64,000 bases of DNA from Patescibacteria group bacterium (GTDB lineage: Bacteria > Patescibacteriota > Patescibacteriia > Patescibacteriales > UBA12465), in NCBI GenBank assembly GCA_041664445.1, contig JBAYKT010000001.1, positions 29,890 to 93,889 on the forward strand, given 5' to 3'. Of this stretch, positions 56,977 through 63,841 are shown piece after piece. The position numbers were made by a program, and so were the translations under genes. Positions within the stretch are counted from its first letter, which is position 1; every line of letters starts with the position of its first letter. Under the pieces are notes generated by a model, which was not told where the DNA came from, did no database searches, and saw nothing but the letters and a program-made list of their open reading frames with translations.

Positions 56977-58674
56977 CTAATCAAAGTAGGTAATACCATC
57001 TTCTTCGTTAAAATTACCACCGATAAAAGCAGAGGCTAAAACAATGGGCGTAGCCTTTGTTTTTTGTAGCACCAACATGGTACGCCGCAAATTATCGGGC
57101 AAACCGGCATTTTCCAAGGTGATTACTTTAAAATAATCGTGAGGGAAAAGTTTAACCAAGGTTTTTGGTCCAATCCGCCAAAAATCTATCGGCGCCTCAT
57201 GTTTAGGAAATGATTTGCCAGGAACAGTAATAAAAATATAACCGCCAATCTGACAAATTCTGGCCATCTCGTTGATTACGCGCCAAGGATGTTTGGTGTG
57301 CTCCAATAATTCGATCGCCCAAACTTGATTTTGGCTTTCATCAGAAAAAACTGTTTGCAAATTTTCAGCGTCAGCCACTAAGTTATTCATTCCGGGGACA
57401 TCTTCTAAATCAAGATTAGTAAATTTAGTCATGGAAACTAGCGACATAAAATCTTCTTTTTGCCCGGCTTCCAATAAACCCAAGACTTCGCCTTGAGCCG
57501 AACCTAAATTGACAATTACATCACCCTCTTTAATTAAAGGAGCAACTTCTTGATAGAAAAAATTTATCACTTCTGGTATTCCCGGACAATCCAAATCCAA
57601 TTTATCGGTTTCTACAATTGCTGGCAGATATTTTTCAGAATCAAAACGATTAATATATTTATTAAATAATAAATTACCGTTCTGATCATTGCCAATAAAA
57701 TGAAAATTCATCCGCCAAAGCAAATGTTGAATATTGGAATTGGTGGTTGAATTAATCAGATGCAAAAAAACTCTGACAACGCCTTGTTTCCTAAGTTTGC
57801 CAAGCAAAATAGCCAGAGATCTCTCTTCAAAATTAAAACCCATGGCGCTTGAGGAAAAAGTAGCGTTTTCAATGGTCGCTTCATTATCATTAATACTGAC
57901 CATAAAAGCGCCAATTAAACCGAAAGAGTTTCCTTGCTGTGAAGCGGAAATTGCATAAATTACACTTCCAGAATTAACTTTTTGAAAAATCATTTCCAAA
58001 AGCTCGCGCTCATCAGCAAAAACCAAGGGATTGAAGTTTAATTTTTGAGTGGTAAAGAACAATCTGGCCAGACGATATAAATCGTTAACCGAAGGTGCCG
58101 CCACACAAATTTCTTGCCGCAATGCTATTTGCAATTCCATGCTAGCACTCTTGCCCCAGGATAAAAACCATTTATCAAGTTTGGCTCGATAACGATTCTG
58201 CCGATGCTTGATGGCTGACAAAAGTTCTACTGAACGAATATCAAGCACGGGTATGGCACTTAAAAAAATCATTTGCTCCGGTTCCAAAACATGAAGCCGG
58301 GGAAAATTTTCCTGAGCCGCTTGGCGTTTAGCAGCATCGCTGTCGATGAATATCGCCGCTGATTGAGAAATCTGCGTCGCTTCCAAAAGTCGAGCAATGT
58401 TTTTTACCTTAGGCTCCAAATTAGCCATAATATAGGTAAACAAATCTTTATCAACGCCTGATGCTTCCAGGGCCCGTAAAACAACCTCGCGGTCATTTTT
58501 AGAAATGATGAAAATTTGAATTCCTCGGGCATGCAGAAACTTGATAGCTTCTAAACGTTCCCGATCAAGAATAAGCTGGTCATCGGTAATTGGCCCCTTT
58601 AAAAGGGTTTGCCCTAAATCAACAATCACGGCGGCAATCTTTCTGGCCGTTAATAAACTCCTAGATAGTTCCAT
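56977..58674 (-). CDS. Tri-domain protein: FkbH-like HAD-IIIC domain + GNAT-like domain + class I SAM methyltransferase-like domain
   Basis: N-terminus AAVIVDLGQTLL...IFIISKNDREV...IFIDSD (HAD motifs I-IV, with motif I reading DLGQT rather than DxDxT). The middle region SFGLIGAFMV...ERSLAILLGKLRKQG is FkbH/GNAT-like. The C-terminus VWAIELLEHTKHPWRVINEMARICQIGGYIFITVP is a methyltransferase motif. Confidence 0.75.
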   Translation of the reverse strand: MELSRSLLTARKIAAVIVDLGQTLLKGPITDDQLILDRERLEAIKFLHARGIQIFIISKNDREVVLRALEASGVDKDLFTYIMANLEPKVKNIARLLEATQISQSAAIFIDSDAAKRQAAQENFPRLHVLEPEQMIFLSAIPVLDIRSVELLSAIKHRQNRYRAKLDKWFLSWGKSASMELQIALRQEICVAAPSVNDLYRLARLFFTTQKLNFNPLVFADERELLEMIFQKVNSGSVIYAISASQQGNSFGLIGAFMVSINDNEATIENATFSSSAMGFNFEERSLAILLGKLRKQGVVRVFLHLINSTTNSNIQHLLWRMNFHFIGNDQNGNLLFNKYINRFDSEKYLPAIVETDKLDLDCPGIPEVINFFYQEVAPLIKEGDVIVNLGSAQGEVLGLLEAGQKEDFMSLVSMTKFTNLDLEDVPGMNNLVADAENLQTVFSDESQNQVWAIELLEHTKHPWRVINEMARICQIGGYIFITVPGKSFPKHEAPIDFWRIGPKTLVKLFPHDYFKVITLENAGLPDNLRRTMLVLQKTKATPIVLASAFIGGNFNEEDGITYFD

Positions 58675-58720
58675 TTTTACTTTTATTTTAAGTTACACAT
58701 TATTTTTAAAGAACCCGTCT

Positions 58721-58749
58721 ATACTAAAACAAAATAAGATAAATGTCAA
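58721..58749 (-). promoter_or_regulatory. Sigma70-type promoter TTGACA-N17-TAGTAT (minus strand) for the FkbH-like gene
   Basis: The reverse complement gives TTGACA (58749..58744), a 17-nt spacer and TAGTAT (58726..58721), about 47 nt upstream of ATG 58674. Confidence 0.6.
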
Positions 58750-58750
58750 T

Positions 58751-58785
58751 ATAAAAGCCCCGCGGACAGGCGGGGCTCTTTAAAA
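58751..58785 (-). terminator. Intrinsic terminator downstream of ddl
   Basis: Perfect GC-rich stem agccccgc / gcggggct (58756-58763 / 58770-58777), followed on the minus strand by ttttat. Confidence 0.7.
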
Positions 58786-58811
58786 AAATTTTACTTTTTA
58801 CCTAATAATTC

Positions 58812-59990
58812 TTATTTTTGCGCTAATTTTAGACTCTTCAACTGACCGAGAACCTCTGATGAAAAACTATGAACGGAGACGTCTTTTTCTTTTTGACGAA
58901 TAAGGGCGTCGGCTATTAATTGGCGGACTAATTCGGCAATCTTAACGCCGCTTTTCTCCCAAAGATGATGATATAGAGTCCCGGGGAGCGGATTTATTTC
59001 ATTAGCAAAATACTGACCGGTCGCTTTATTATATAAAAAGTCAAAGCGAGCAATGCCGACACAGCCCAAGGCTTGAAAAACTTTTACGGAAATTTCTTGA
59101 ATTTTTTTAGTGGTGTTTTCATCAAGACTGGCGGGAATCACAATTTTTTTATCCGCTTGTCCTAACTGCGCACCGCCGTCGCTTAAATATTTATCTTCAT
59201 AACTGAACAGCCCCTCGCTAAAAGATGATTCTTGCAATAATGATGGCTGTGGATTTTGATAACCCCTAACCGCGCAGGTAACATCCATCAGATTTTCTAC
59301 GCCCTCTTCAACCAGAAGCTGGTCATCATAATGTAGGGCAACCTCACAAGCCTGTTCTAAATCTTTAAAATCACTAACTTTAGTAATGCCAATTGAGGAG
59401 CCCAGATGCGGCGGTTTTACAAAAACCGGCCAAACTAAAGAAGTTTTAATCTCTTCTAAAATTTTAATTTTGTTAGCCTGCCACTGGGAACGATTATAAA
59501 AAACGAATTTAGTGGTTGGAACATTTAAGCCTTGATAAAAAATCTTGGTTAAAATTTTATTCATGGCAATACTGGAAGCGGCCACGTCGCAACCGACATA
59601 AGGAACATTAAAAATATTAAACAGCCCCTGCATCGCGCCGTCCTCGCCTAAATTACCGTGAAAAGCCGGAAATACAAAATCAATTATCTGCTTTTTAGAA
59701 AAGAGACCGGTTTTTTTAAACACCAAGCAATCGCGGGAAGCATCCAAATCTAAATCATAGGCGCCCATATTTTTTAGAGCAGCTTGATAATTAGCAGTAC
59801 TAAAAAATGCTAAGCTGCCAAGCTTGTCGTCAATAAAAAACTGTTCTTGTTTATCTAAATAGACGGGAATAACTTCATATTCCGGCATCTTTTTTAAAAC
59901 CGAGATAATAAGCTGTCCGGTAATAATGGAGATATCATGTTCCGGGCTCTTGCCCCCGAAAAAGACGCCAATTCTTTTTACGTTTTTCAT
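58812..59990 (-). CDS. ddl: D-alanine--D-alanine ligase
   Basis: IGVFFGGKSPEHDISI N-terminus, ATP-grasp core, and the C-terminal ARFDFLY...ANEINPLPG; 392 aa. Confidence 0.9.
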   Translation of the reverse strand: MKNVKRIGVFFGGKSPEHDISIITGQLIISVLKKMPEYEVIPVYLDKQEQFFIDDKLGSLAFFSTANYQAALKNMGAYDLDLDASRDCLVFKKTGLFSKKQIIDFVFPAFHGNLGEDGAMQGLFNIFNVPYVGCDVAASSIAMNKILTKIFYQGLNVPTTKFVFYNRSQWQANKIKILEEIKTSLVWPVFVKPPHLGSSIGITKVSDFKDLEQACEVALHYDDQLLVEEGVENLMDVTCAVRGYQNPQPSLLQESSFSEGLFSYEDKYLSDGGAQLGQADKKIVIPASLDENTTKKIQEISVKVFQALGCVGIARFDFLYNKATGQYFANEINPLPGTLYHHLWEKSGVKIAELVRQLIADALIRQKEKDVSVHSFSSEVLGQLKSLKLAQK

Positions 59991-59999
59991 ATAAGCAAA

Positions 60000-61370
60000 T
60001 TATTTATAATTATCCGGCCAATCATTTTGAAAAATAATGGTATCGCCAGCGTGCAAAACTTTACTTAAATCTTGATGAGCCGAAATGGCATCCGGATATT
60101 CTTTAAAATTTAAAAAACCGATTTTCTGAAATTCGTCTGCAATATAGGCGGTGGCGCTATTTTTTATTAATAGCACTAAATCAATTTTTTTTGAAGCATA
60201 AAGTCTAGCGATTTCTCGATGACGCTCCTCTTTTTTGGTGCCCAATTCCACTAACCCGGGAGTAATGACTAAACGGCGGCCAGAGGCGCGATCTAAAACT
60301 TCCAAACCACTTTTAAAGCCATCAAAATTACCGTTATAACTATCATCAATTACCAAGAGCTGCGAGGCGGCATTCCAAATCGGTTCCAGGCGATTTTTAA
60401 CAATTGGCATGGCCGAGAGCGGCACGACTGCCTTATTTAAATCTAGCCCCAATTCTTTAGCCAATGAAAGTGCCATCGCCATTAAAATAACGTTGTGTCG
60501 CGCTAACAGCTTGGTAGAAAAAGTAAGGTCATCATACTTAAAAGATAACCCGACAAAATTTGGCAAAATGTTAAGCTCGCTAACTGAAGAATAATCAATC
60601 CCAGTAATCTCTGGTAATTTGAAGCGGGAATAATTATCTTTAACATTCTGATCGGTAAAATTAAGGATGACCTTGCTCGTCGTTCTTTCGGCTAATTCAA
60701 ACTTCGCCTTAATGGTATTTTGAAGACTGCCAAAACGCTCCAAATGTGATTCATTAATACCGGTCAAAAAGGAATAGCTAGGATTAACCAGCGCACAAAT
60801 TTTAGCAATGTCGCCAATTTGATAGGCGCCCATCTCGACGATAAAAAAATCAGCAGCAGCCAAAGCGTCTTGATTGGCAATAATAAAATAAGCAATCCCT
60901 AAATCCGTATTAACATTATTAGGCGTCTTAATAATCTTAAAACCACTTTGAAGAACAACTGCTAAAATTTCCTTCAGACTAGTCTTGCCATAACTACCGG
61001 TGATACCAATAACTTTAATCTTATTGTTCGCTAAGATTTTTTTTGCGCGACCAATAACTCTATTTTTTAAAAAATAATCCAGGGGCAGGAATAACCATAA
61101 AACCAAAACCGTAATTAACGGCAAGATAGCCAATAACAAAACCAAAAAAGCTAAAGCCCAAATTTTAAACAAAAAAATAGCTAAAGCAATTAAAGAAACA
61201 ATGACTACCAACAACAAATAATAAATCGCGCGCGCCTTCTTTGTCCAATCAATCGCTTGGCGCTTCTCAAAAGACCACCAGCGCCAATCAGAATAAATAA
61301 ACGTTAAAAAACGTCGTACATCATACGACTCTCTTTGTAAAATATAAACTAAGCCACGAACAATGTTCAT
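60000..61370 (-). CDS. murF: MurF-type Mur ligase (UDP-MurNAc-tripeptide:D-Ala-D-Ala ligase) with an N-terminal two-helix membrane segment
   Basis: P-loop GITGSYGKTSLKE, VEMGAYQIGDI, TGINESHLERFGS and IDDSYNGN, all MurF-like. The first ~100 aa contain YYLLLVVIVSLIALAIFLF and LAFLVLLLAILPLITVLVLWLFL instead of the usual soluble N-domain. Confidence 0.82.
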   Translation of the reverse strand: MNIVRGLVYILQRESYDVRRFLTFIYSDWRWWSFEKRQAIDWTKKARAIYYLLLVVIVSLIALAIFLFKIWALAFLVLLLAILPLITVLVLWLFLPLDYFLKNRVIGRAKKILANNKIKVIGITGSYGKTSLKEILAVVLQSGFKIIKTPNNVNTDLGIAYFIIANQDALAAADFFIVEMGAYQIGDIAKICALVNPSYSFLTGINESHLERFGSLQNTIKAKFELAERTTSKVILNFTDQNVKDNYSRFKLPEITGIDYSSVSELNILPNFVGLSFKYDDLTFSTKLLARHNVILMAMALSLAKELGLDLNKAVVPLSAMPIVKNRLEPIWNAASQLLVIDDSYNGNFDGFKSGLEVLDRASGRRLVITPGLVELGTKKEERHREIARLYASKKIDLVLLIKNSATAYIADEFQKIGFLNFKEYPDAISAHQDLSKVLHAGDTIIFQNDWPDNYK

Positions 61371-62107
61371 AAATACTTAGCAATAATTTTTTTAAATTCT
61401 TCCGGCTTATCTAAAAATGCGTAATGCCCGGCAGCCGGTATTGTTTCTAAAATCGCTTGATTGCTTAAATTTTTTAATTTTTCTGCCTGGCGATACGGTG
61501 TCGCCACATCATCTTTCCCCCAAATAAGAACAATCGGCAATTGTAATTTATAAAAAGCGACTTGTCGGTCCTCGCTAATTAATTTTTTATAAGTTTCAAC
61601 CATTTCCCCGGCTTCTAAATAATCAGGACTAAGCGCTTTCCCGGCCAGACGTTGCCGCCATTTTTTATTAACAAAAGGAAATAAAGCGCGAAAAATTTTA
61701 GCTCCGATAAATAACTTTTGCGAACGACCTAATCTCTCGCGAATAATCGCGCCACCCAGCAAGATTAACTTCTGAGCTTCCCTGCCAGAACTCAAATATT
61801 CAACCGCTATCGCTCCGCCAACGCTATGCCCAATAACAATTGGGTTCACAACATTTAATTTTTGCAAAACAGCGGCCACTAAGTTTGAATAGTCGACTAA
61901 ACCCCAATCTTCTTTTGGCACTTCACTGCCACCCCAGCCCGGCAAGTTAATCGCTAATAAATTAGAAATTTTACCCATAACCGAACAAAACAAATCGGCG
62001 GGCGATTTCCAGCCTGGCAGAAAAACAACTGCCTGATTAGGGTTGAAGTCTGAACTAATCAAATAGTTGATTTTTAGACCATTAATAATGATTTCTTTTT
62101 TTAGCAT
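61367..62107 (-). CDS. Alpha/beta-fold hydrolase
   Basis: Nucleophile elbow GHSVGG, oxyanion FLPGW and a C-terminal GHYAF. ATGA overlap with murF. Start set at the Met at 62107, because TGCTATAAT lies 6 nt upstream and a plus-strand promoter occupies the longer ORF extension. Confidence 0.82.
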   Translation of the reverse strand: MLKKEIIINGLKINYLISSDFNPNQAVVFLPGWKSPADLFCSVMGKISNLLAINLPGWGGSEVPKEDWGLVDYSNLVAAVLQKLNVVNPIVIGHSVGGAIAVEYLSSGREAQKLILLGGAIIRERLGRSQKLFIGAKIFRALFPFVNKKWRQRLAGKALSPDYLEAGEMVETYKKLISEDRQVAFYKLQLPIVLIWGKDDVATPYRQAEKLKNLSNQAILETIPAAGHYAFLDKPEEFKKIIAKYL

Positions 62108-62113
62108 ATAAAT

Positions 62114-62122
62114 ATTATAGCA
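62114..62122 (-). promoter_or_regulatory. Extended -10 promoter TGCTATAAT placed 6 nt before the ATG (leaderless mRNA candidate)
   Basis: The minus strand reads ggaTGCTATAATatttatATG, with ATG at 62107..62105. The architecture is identical to 32677..32694. Confidence 0.5.
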
Positions 62123-62161
62123 TCCTAGCCTAAAAACAGGAAAAGTCCAAGACCTAATTCC

Positions 62162-62191
62162 TTGACGGCTAAAAAGCAAATATTATATAAT
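62162..62191 (+). promoter_or_regulatory. Promoter TTGACG-N18-TATAAT (mini transcription unit 1)
   Basis: -35 at 62162..62167 and a consensus -10 TATAAT at 62186..62191. Confidence 0.55.
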
Positions 62192-62229
62192 AGCAACAGT
62201 TCTTATTTAATAACTAAAAAATCAGCATC

Positions 62230-62376
62230 ATGAAAAAGAAAAATTTATTGACAGCATTGCAGACAACAGTATCCGTATCCGGAACATTTGGCGAAAAAAG
62301 AAGCGAAAAAGGTAACGTAGCAACAGGTTTCGACTCCAGCGGGCAACAAAGTTCAAACATGCAACAAAGGAAGTAA
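62230..62376 (+). CDS. Possible 48-aa small protein (mini-TU 1)
   Basis: Hand translation gives MKKKNLLTALQTTVSVSGTFGEKRSEKGNVATGFDSSGQQSSNMQQRK. It is bracketed by the 62162 promoter and the 62403 terminator. No homology was recognised. Confidence 0.35.
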   Translation: MKKKNLLTALQTTVSVSGTFGEKRSEKGNVATGFDSSGQQSSNMQQRK

Positions 62377-62402
62377 AGAAAAGATGCCGGGTTTTAAAAA
62401 TG

Positions 62403-62436
62403 AAAAAGGTTGCCAATGGTAACCTTTTTTCTTTTT
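62403..62436 (+). terminator. Intrinsic terminator of mini-TU 1
   Basis: Stem aggttgcc / ggtaacct (one G-U pair) at 62407..62426, followed by ttttttcttttt. Confidence 0.7.
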
Positions 62437-62443
62437 CTCCTTA

Positions 62444-62472
62444 TTGACGACGAAAAATAAAGTAACTACAAT
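62444..62472 (+). promoter_or_regulatory. Promoter TTGACG-N17-TACAAT (mini-TU 2)
   Basis: -35 at 62444..62449, a 17-nt spacer, and -10 TACAAT at 62467..62472. Confidence 0.6.
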
Positions 62473-62478
62473 ATAAAT

Positions 62479-62786
62479 ATCTTTAAATTAAACAGTAAAG
62501 TAGATCTCCCTGAACCAATTAGGTTCGCTCGGAAAGATTCAATCGTTCTTTCTTAATTTGATAAGCCTAATTTTCCTCGCTTATCAAAACTATGCAAAAC
62601 GGATTTCTGAATTGTTATAAATCTTTTAAATTATGAGGAAATCATTCACACGCTTTTTTTATCAGCTGCAGAACCAGAGTGCATCTACATTGGCATAGGA
62701 CTCTATCAGTCATTGGTTCTTAATTTGATGAATGAATTTGATCAAGGAGGTTCCCTTCACAAAGGAGCAAAAAGAGTTTAAACGGA
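62479..62786 (+). ncRNA. Candidate ~330-nt non-coding (or micro-ORF) transcript, mini-TU 2
   Basis: The interval between the promoter and terminator has only 10-, 17- and 21-codon ATG-initiated ORFs that end before the terminator (plus one 41-codon frame that runs through it). Local hairpins include gataagc...gcttatc and gaacc-aatta-ggttc. No known RNA family motif was recognised. Confidence 0.3.
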
Positions 62787-62817
62787 AAGGTCTCTGTCTC
62801 AGAGGCCTTTTTCTTTT
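62787..62817 (+). terminator. Intrinsic terminator of mini-TU 2
   Basis: 10-bp stem aaggtctctg / cagaggcctt (62787-62796 / 62800-62809, one G-U pair) with a 3-nt loop, followed by tttttctttt. Confidence 0.8.
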
Positions 62818-62853
62818 ACAAAAGCTCGTCCTCAGCTCTGTTAACAAAGACAC

Positions 62854-62881
62854 TTGACCTTTTTTATTCTTTTGCTAATAT
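62854..62881 (+). promoter_or_regulatory. Promoter TTGACC-N16-(TGc)TAATAT (mini-TU 3), copy A of a duplicated promoter/leader cassette
   Basis: -35 at 62854..62859 and an extended -10 TGCTAATAT at 62873..62881. 27 of the first 30 nt are identical to 63424..63453. Confidence 0.6.
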
Positions 62882-62906
62882 AACAGCATCACCAAAATTT
62901 CAGAGC

Positions 62907-63248
62907 ATGACAAAATTAGTTTTTCTTGTTTTGATTCTGGGTTTTGGGCCTTACTCACGTGTTGATGGACCGGGAAAATCCCTGATGCTTATTATCCAAG
63001 CAGATTTTCCGTCACTTGAACGGGTTACTATCTTCGGTTTAGCGCCGGATAACCCCTCAAAAATCAACATTGATGAGCAAACGGCGCCAATTTTTGCCGG
63101 CGCCATGCACAATTTTTATTCCCGAAGTGGAGATTCCTCGTTGCAATGGCTCAGGCAAAAAGCTAAACCCGCAGGGCTTGCCATTTGGAGAATAATGGCC
63201 TGTCCCGTCGTATCAGAGGATAAATATCCTCACAATTCTCTGGCGTAA
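62907..63248 (+). CDS. Hypothetical 113-aa protein (mini-TU 3); coding status uncertain
   Basis: Track ORF with a hydrophobic N-terminus MTKLVFLVLILGFG. It is locally more GC-rich than its surroundings, with 127 nt between its stop and the terminator. No recognisable motif. Confidence 0.4.
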   Translation: MTKLVFLVLILGFGPYSRVDGPGKSLMLIIQADFPSLERVTIFGLAPDNPSKINIDEQTAPIFAGAMHNFYSRSGDSSLQWLRQKAKPAGLAIWRIMACPVVSEDKYPHNSLA

Positions 63249-63374
63249 CCATAACGCCGCAAGCTACTCCGCATGCATCGCGGAAAAATGTTCTTTTTAA
63301 GGATGATAATACCGAACTAACGCCGCCCTGAAAGCTGGGCTAGGCATCTCATCCCTTATTAATTTTCTCAAAAC

Positions 63375-63411
63375 AAAAGCGCTTTCCCAAAAAGAAAGCG
63401 CTTTTACTTTT
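63375..63411. terminator. Intrinsic terminator of mini-TU 3
   Basis: Perfect 11-bp stem aaagcgctttc / gaaagcgcttt (63376-63386 / 63394-63404) with loop ccaaaaa, followed by tactttt. Confidence 0.75.
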
Positions 63412-63423
63412 AAAAACCTTCTA

Positions 63424-63451
63424 TTGACCTTTTTTCTTCTTTTGTTAAGAT
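63424..63451 (+). promoter_or_regulatory. Promoter TTGACC-N16-(TGt)TAAGAT (mini-TU 4), copy B of the duplicated cassette
   Basis: -35 at 63424..63429 and an extended -10 TGTTAAGAT at 63443..63451. Confidence 0.55.
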
Positions 63452-63477
63452 AAACATATAACCTAAAATCAGATGCT

Positions 63478-63705
63478 ATGAAGAAATTTCTTTGCACTTT
63501 GATTAGCGGTTCCTTCTCGCTAGCCGAGCTAATGGCAGAAATATTTGCGAGCATCAACTATGCTTACACAATTCTCCATCAAGCAATGCTAGATGAGCAA
63601 CTGGTTTCAGCTGAGGTTGAAACCAAATTCAAAATTTCAAAAAAACGACGAAAAGATCGCTTGGTGAAATTTATGACAGAAGGAAGCGCGTTAGGGGCAT
63701 ACTAG
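63478..63705 (+). CDS. Hypothetical 75-aa protein (mini-TU 4)
   Basis: Track ORF MKKFLCTLISGSFSLAELM... with a basic C-terminal half (KISKKRRKDRLVKF). Its ATG is at the same distance from the duplicated promoter as in mini-TU 3. Confidence 0.45.
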   Translation: MKKFLCTLISGSFSLAELMAEIFASINYAYTILHQAMLDEQLVSAEVETKFKISKKRRKDRLVKFMTEGSALGAY

Positions 63706-63721
63706 CTAAAGAGGTACTATT

Positions 63722-63796
63722 ATGCCCCATTCAAAAATGAGACCGGCGTATCCTCTCGCCAAAAAACTTTTTCATATTAGATTTAGAGAACAATAA
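63722..63796 (+). CDS. Possible 24-aa peptide with one of the few Shine-Dalgarno-like sites in the window
   Basis: AAAGAGG lies 7 nt upstream of ATG 63722. Translation gives MPHSKMRPAYPLAKKLFHIRFREQ, and the stop abuts the terminator stem. Confidence 0.3.
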   Translation: MPHSKMRPAYPLAKKLFHIRFREQ

Positions 63797-63830
63797 AGGC
63801 AGCGCTCACGGGAGGCTGCCTTTTTTCTTT
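63796..63830. terminator. Bidirectional intrinsic terminator (mini-TU 4 / helicase gene)
   Basis: Stem aaggcagc / gctgcctt (63796-63803 / 63815-63822), followed by a long T-rich run (63821-63844). Confidence 0.7.
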
Positions 63831-63841
63831 TTTTCTTTTTT

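Noticed and set aside
62108-62179. Longer N-terminal version of the alpha/beta hydrolase ORF (start at 62179). Similar long versions exist for leuS (13944), glgA (51970), the dsbA-like gene (14574), porD (15996), the kinase (49345) and the pilin-like gene (17444).
   Set aside because: In each case an internal Met removes an overlap with the neighbouring gene, begins the conserved part of the protein, and in several cases sits right after a promoter element or the upstream stop codon. The extensions are non-conserved-looking sequence.
62228-62416. 62-aa minus-strand ORF (MATFFIFKTRHLFF...).
   Set aside because: It is antisense to the promoter/terminator-bracketed plus-strand unit and includes the terminator stem. 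Its F/R-rich composition is what A/G-rich plus-strand sequence gives when read on the opposite strand.
62479-63411. Known structured RNAs (tmRNA, RNase P RNA, SRP/4.5S RNA, 6S RNA, common riboswitches) in the ORF-poor, locally GC-richer stretch.
   Set aside because: None of the conserved core sequences I know is present. I checked for the tmRNA tRNA-like end and tag ORF, RNase P GAGGAAAGTCC/ACAGAA-type elements, and the SRP GGAA/AGCA domain IV motif. The region remains only an unclassified candidate.
63297-63557. 86-aa minus-strand ORF in the mini-TU island.
   Set aside because: It runs straight through the perfect 11-bp terminator hairpin (63376-63404) and through the TTGACC promoter and start codon of the 63478 gene. 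It is best explained as antisense noise.
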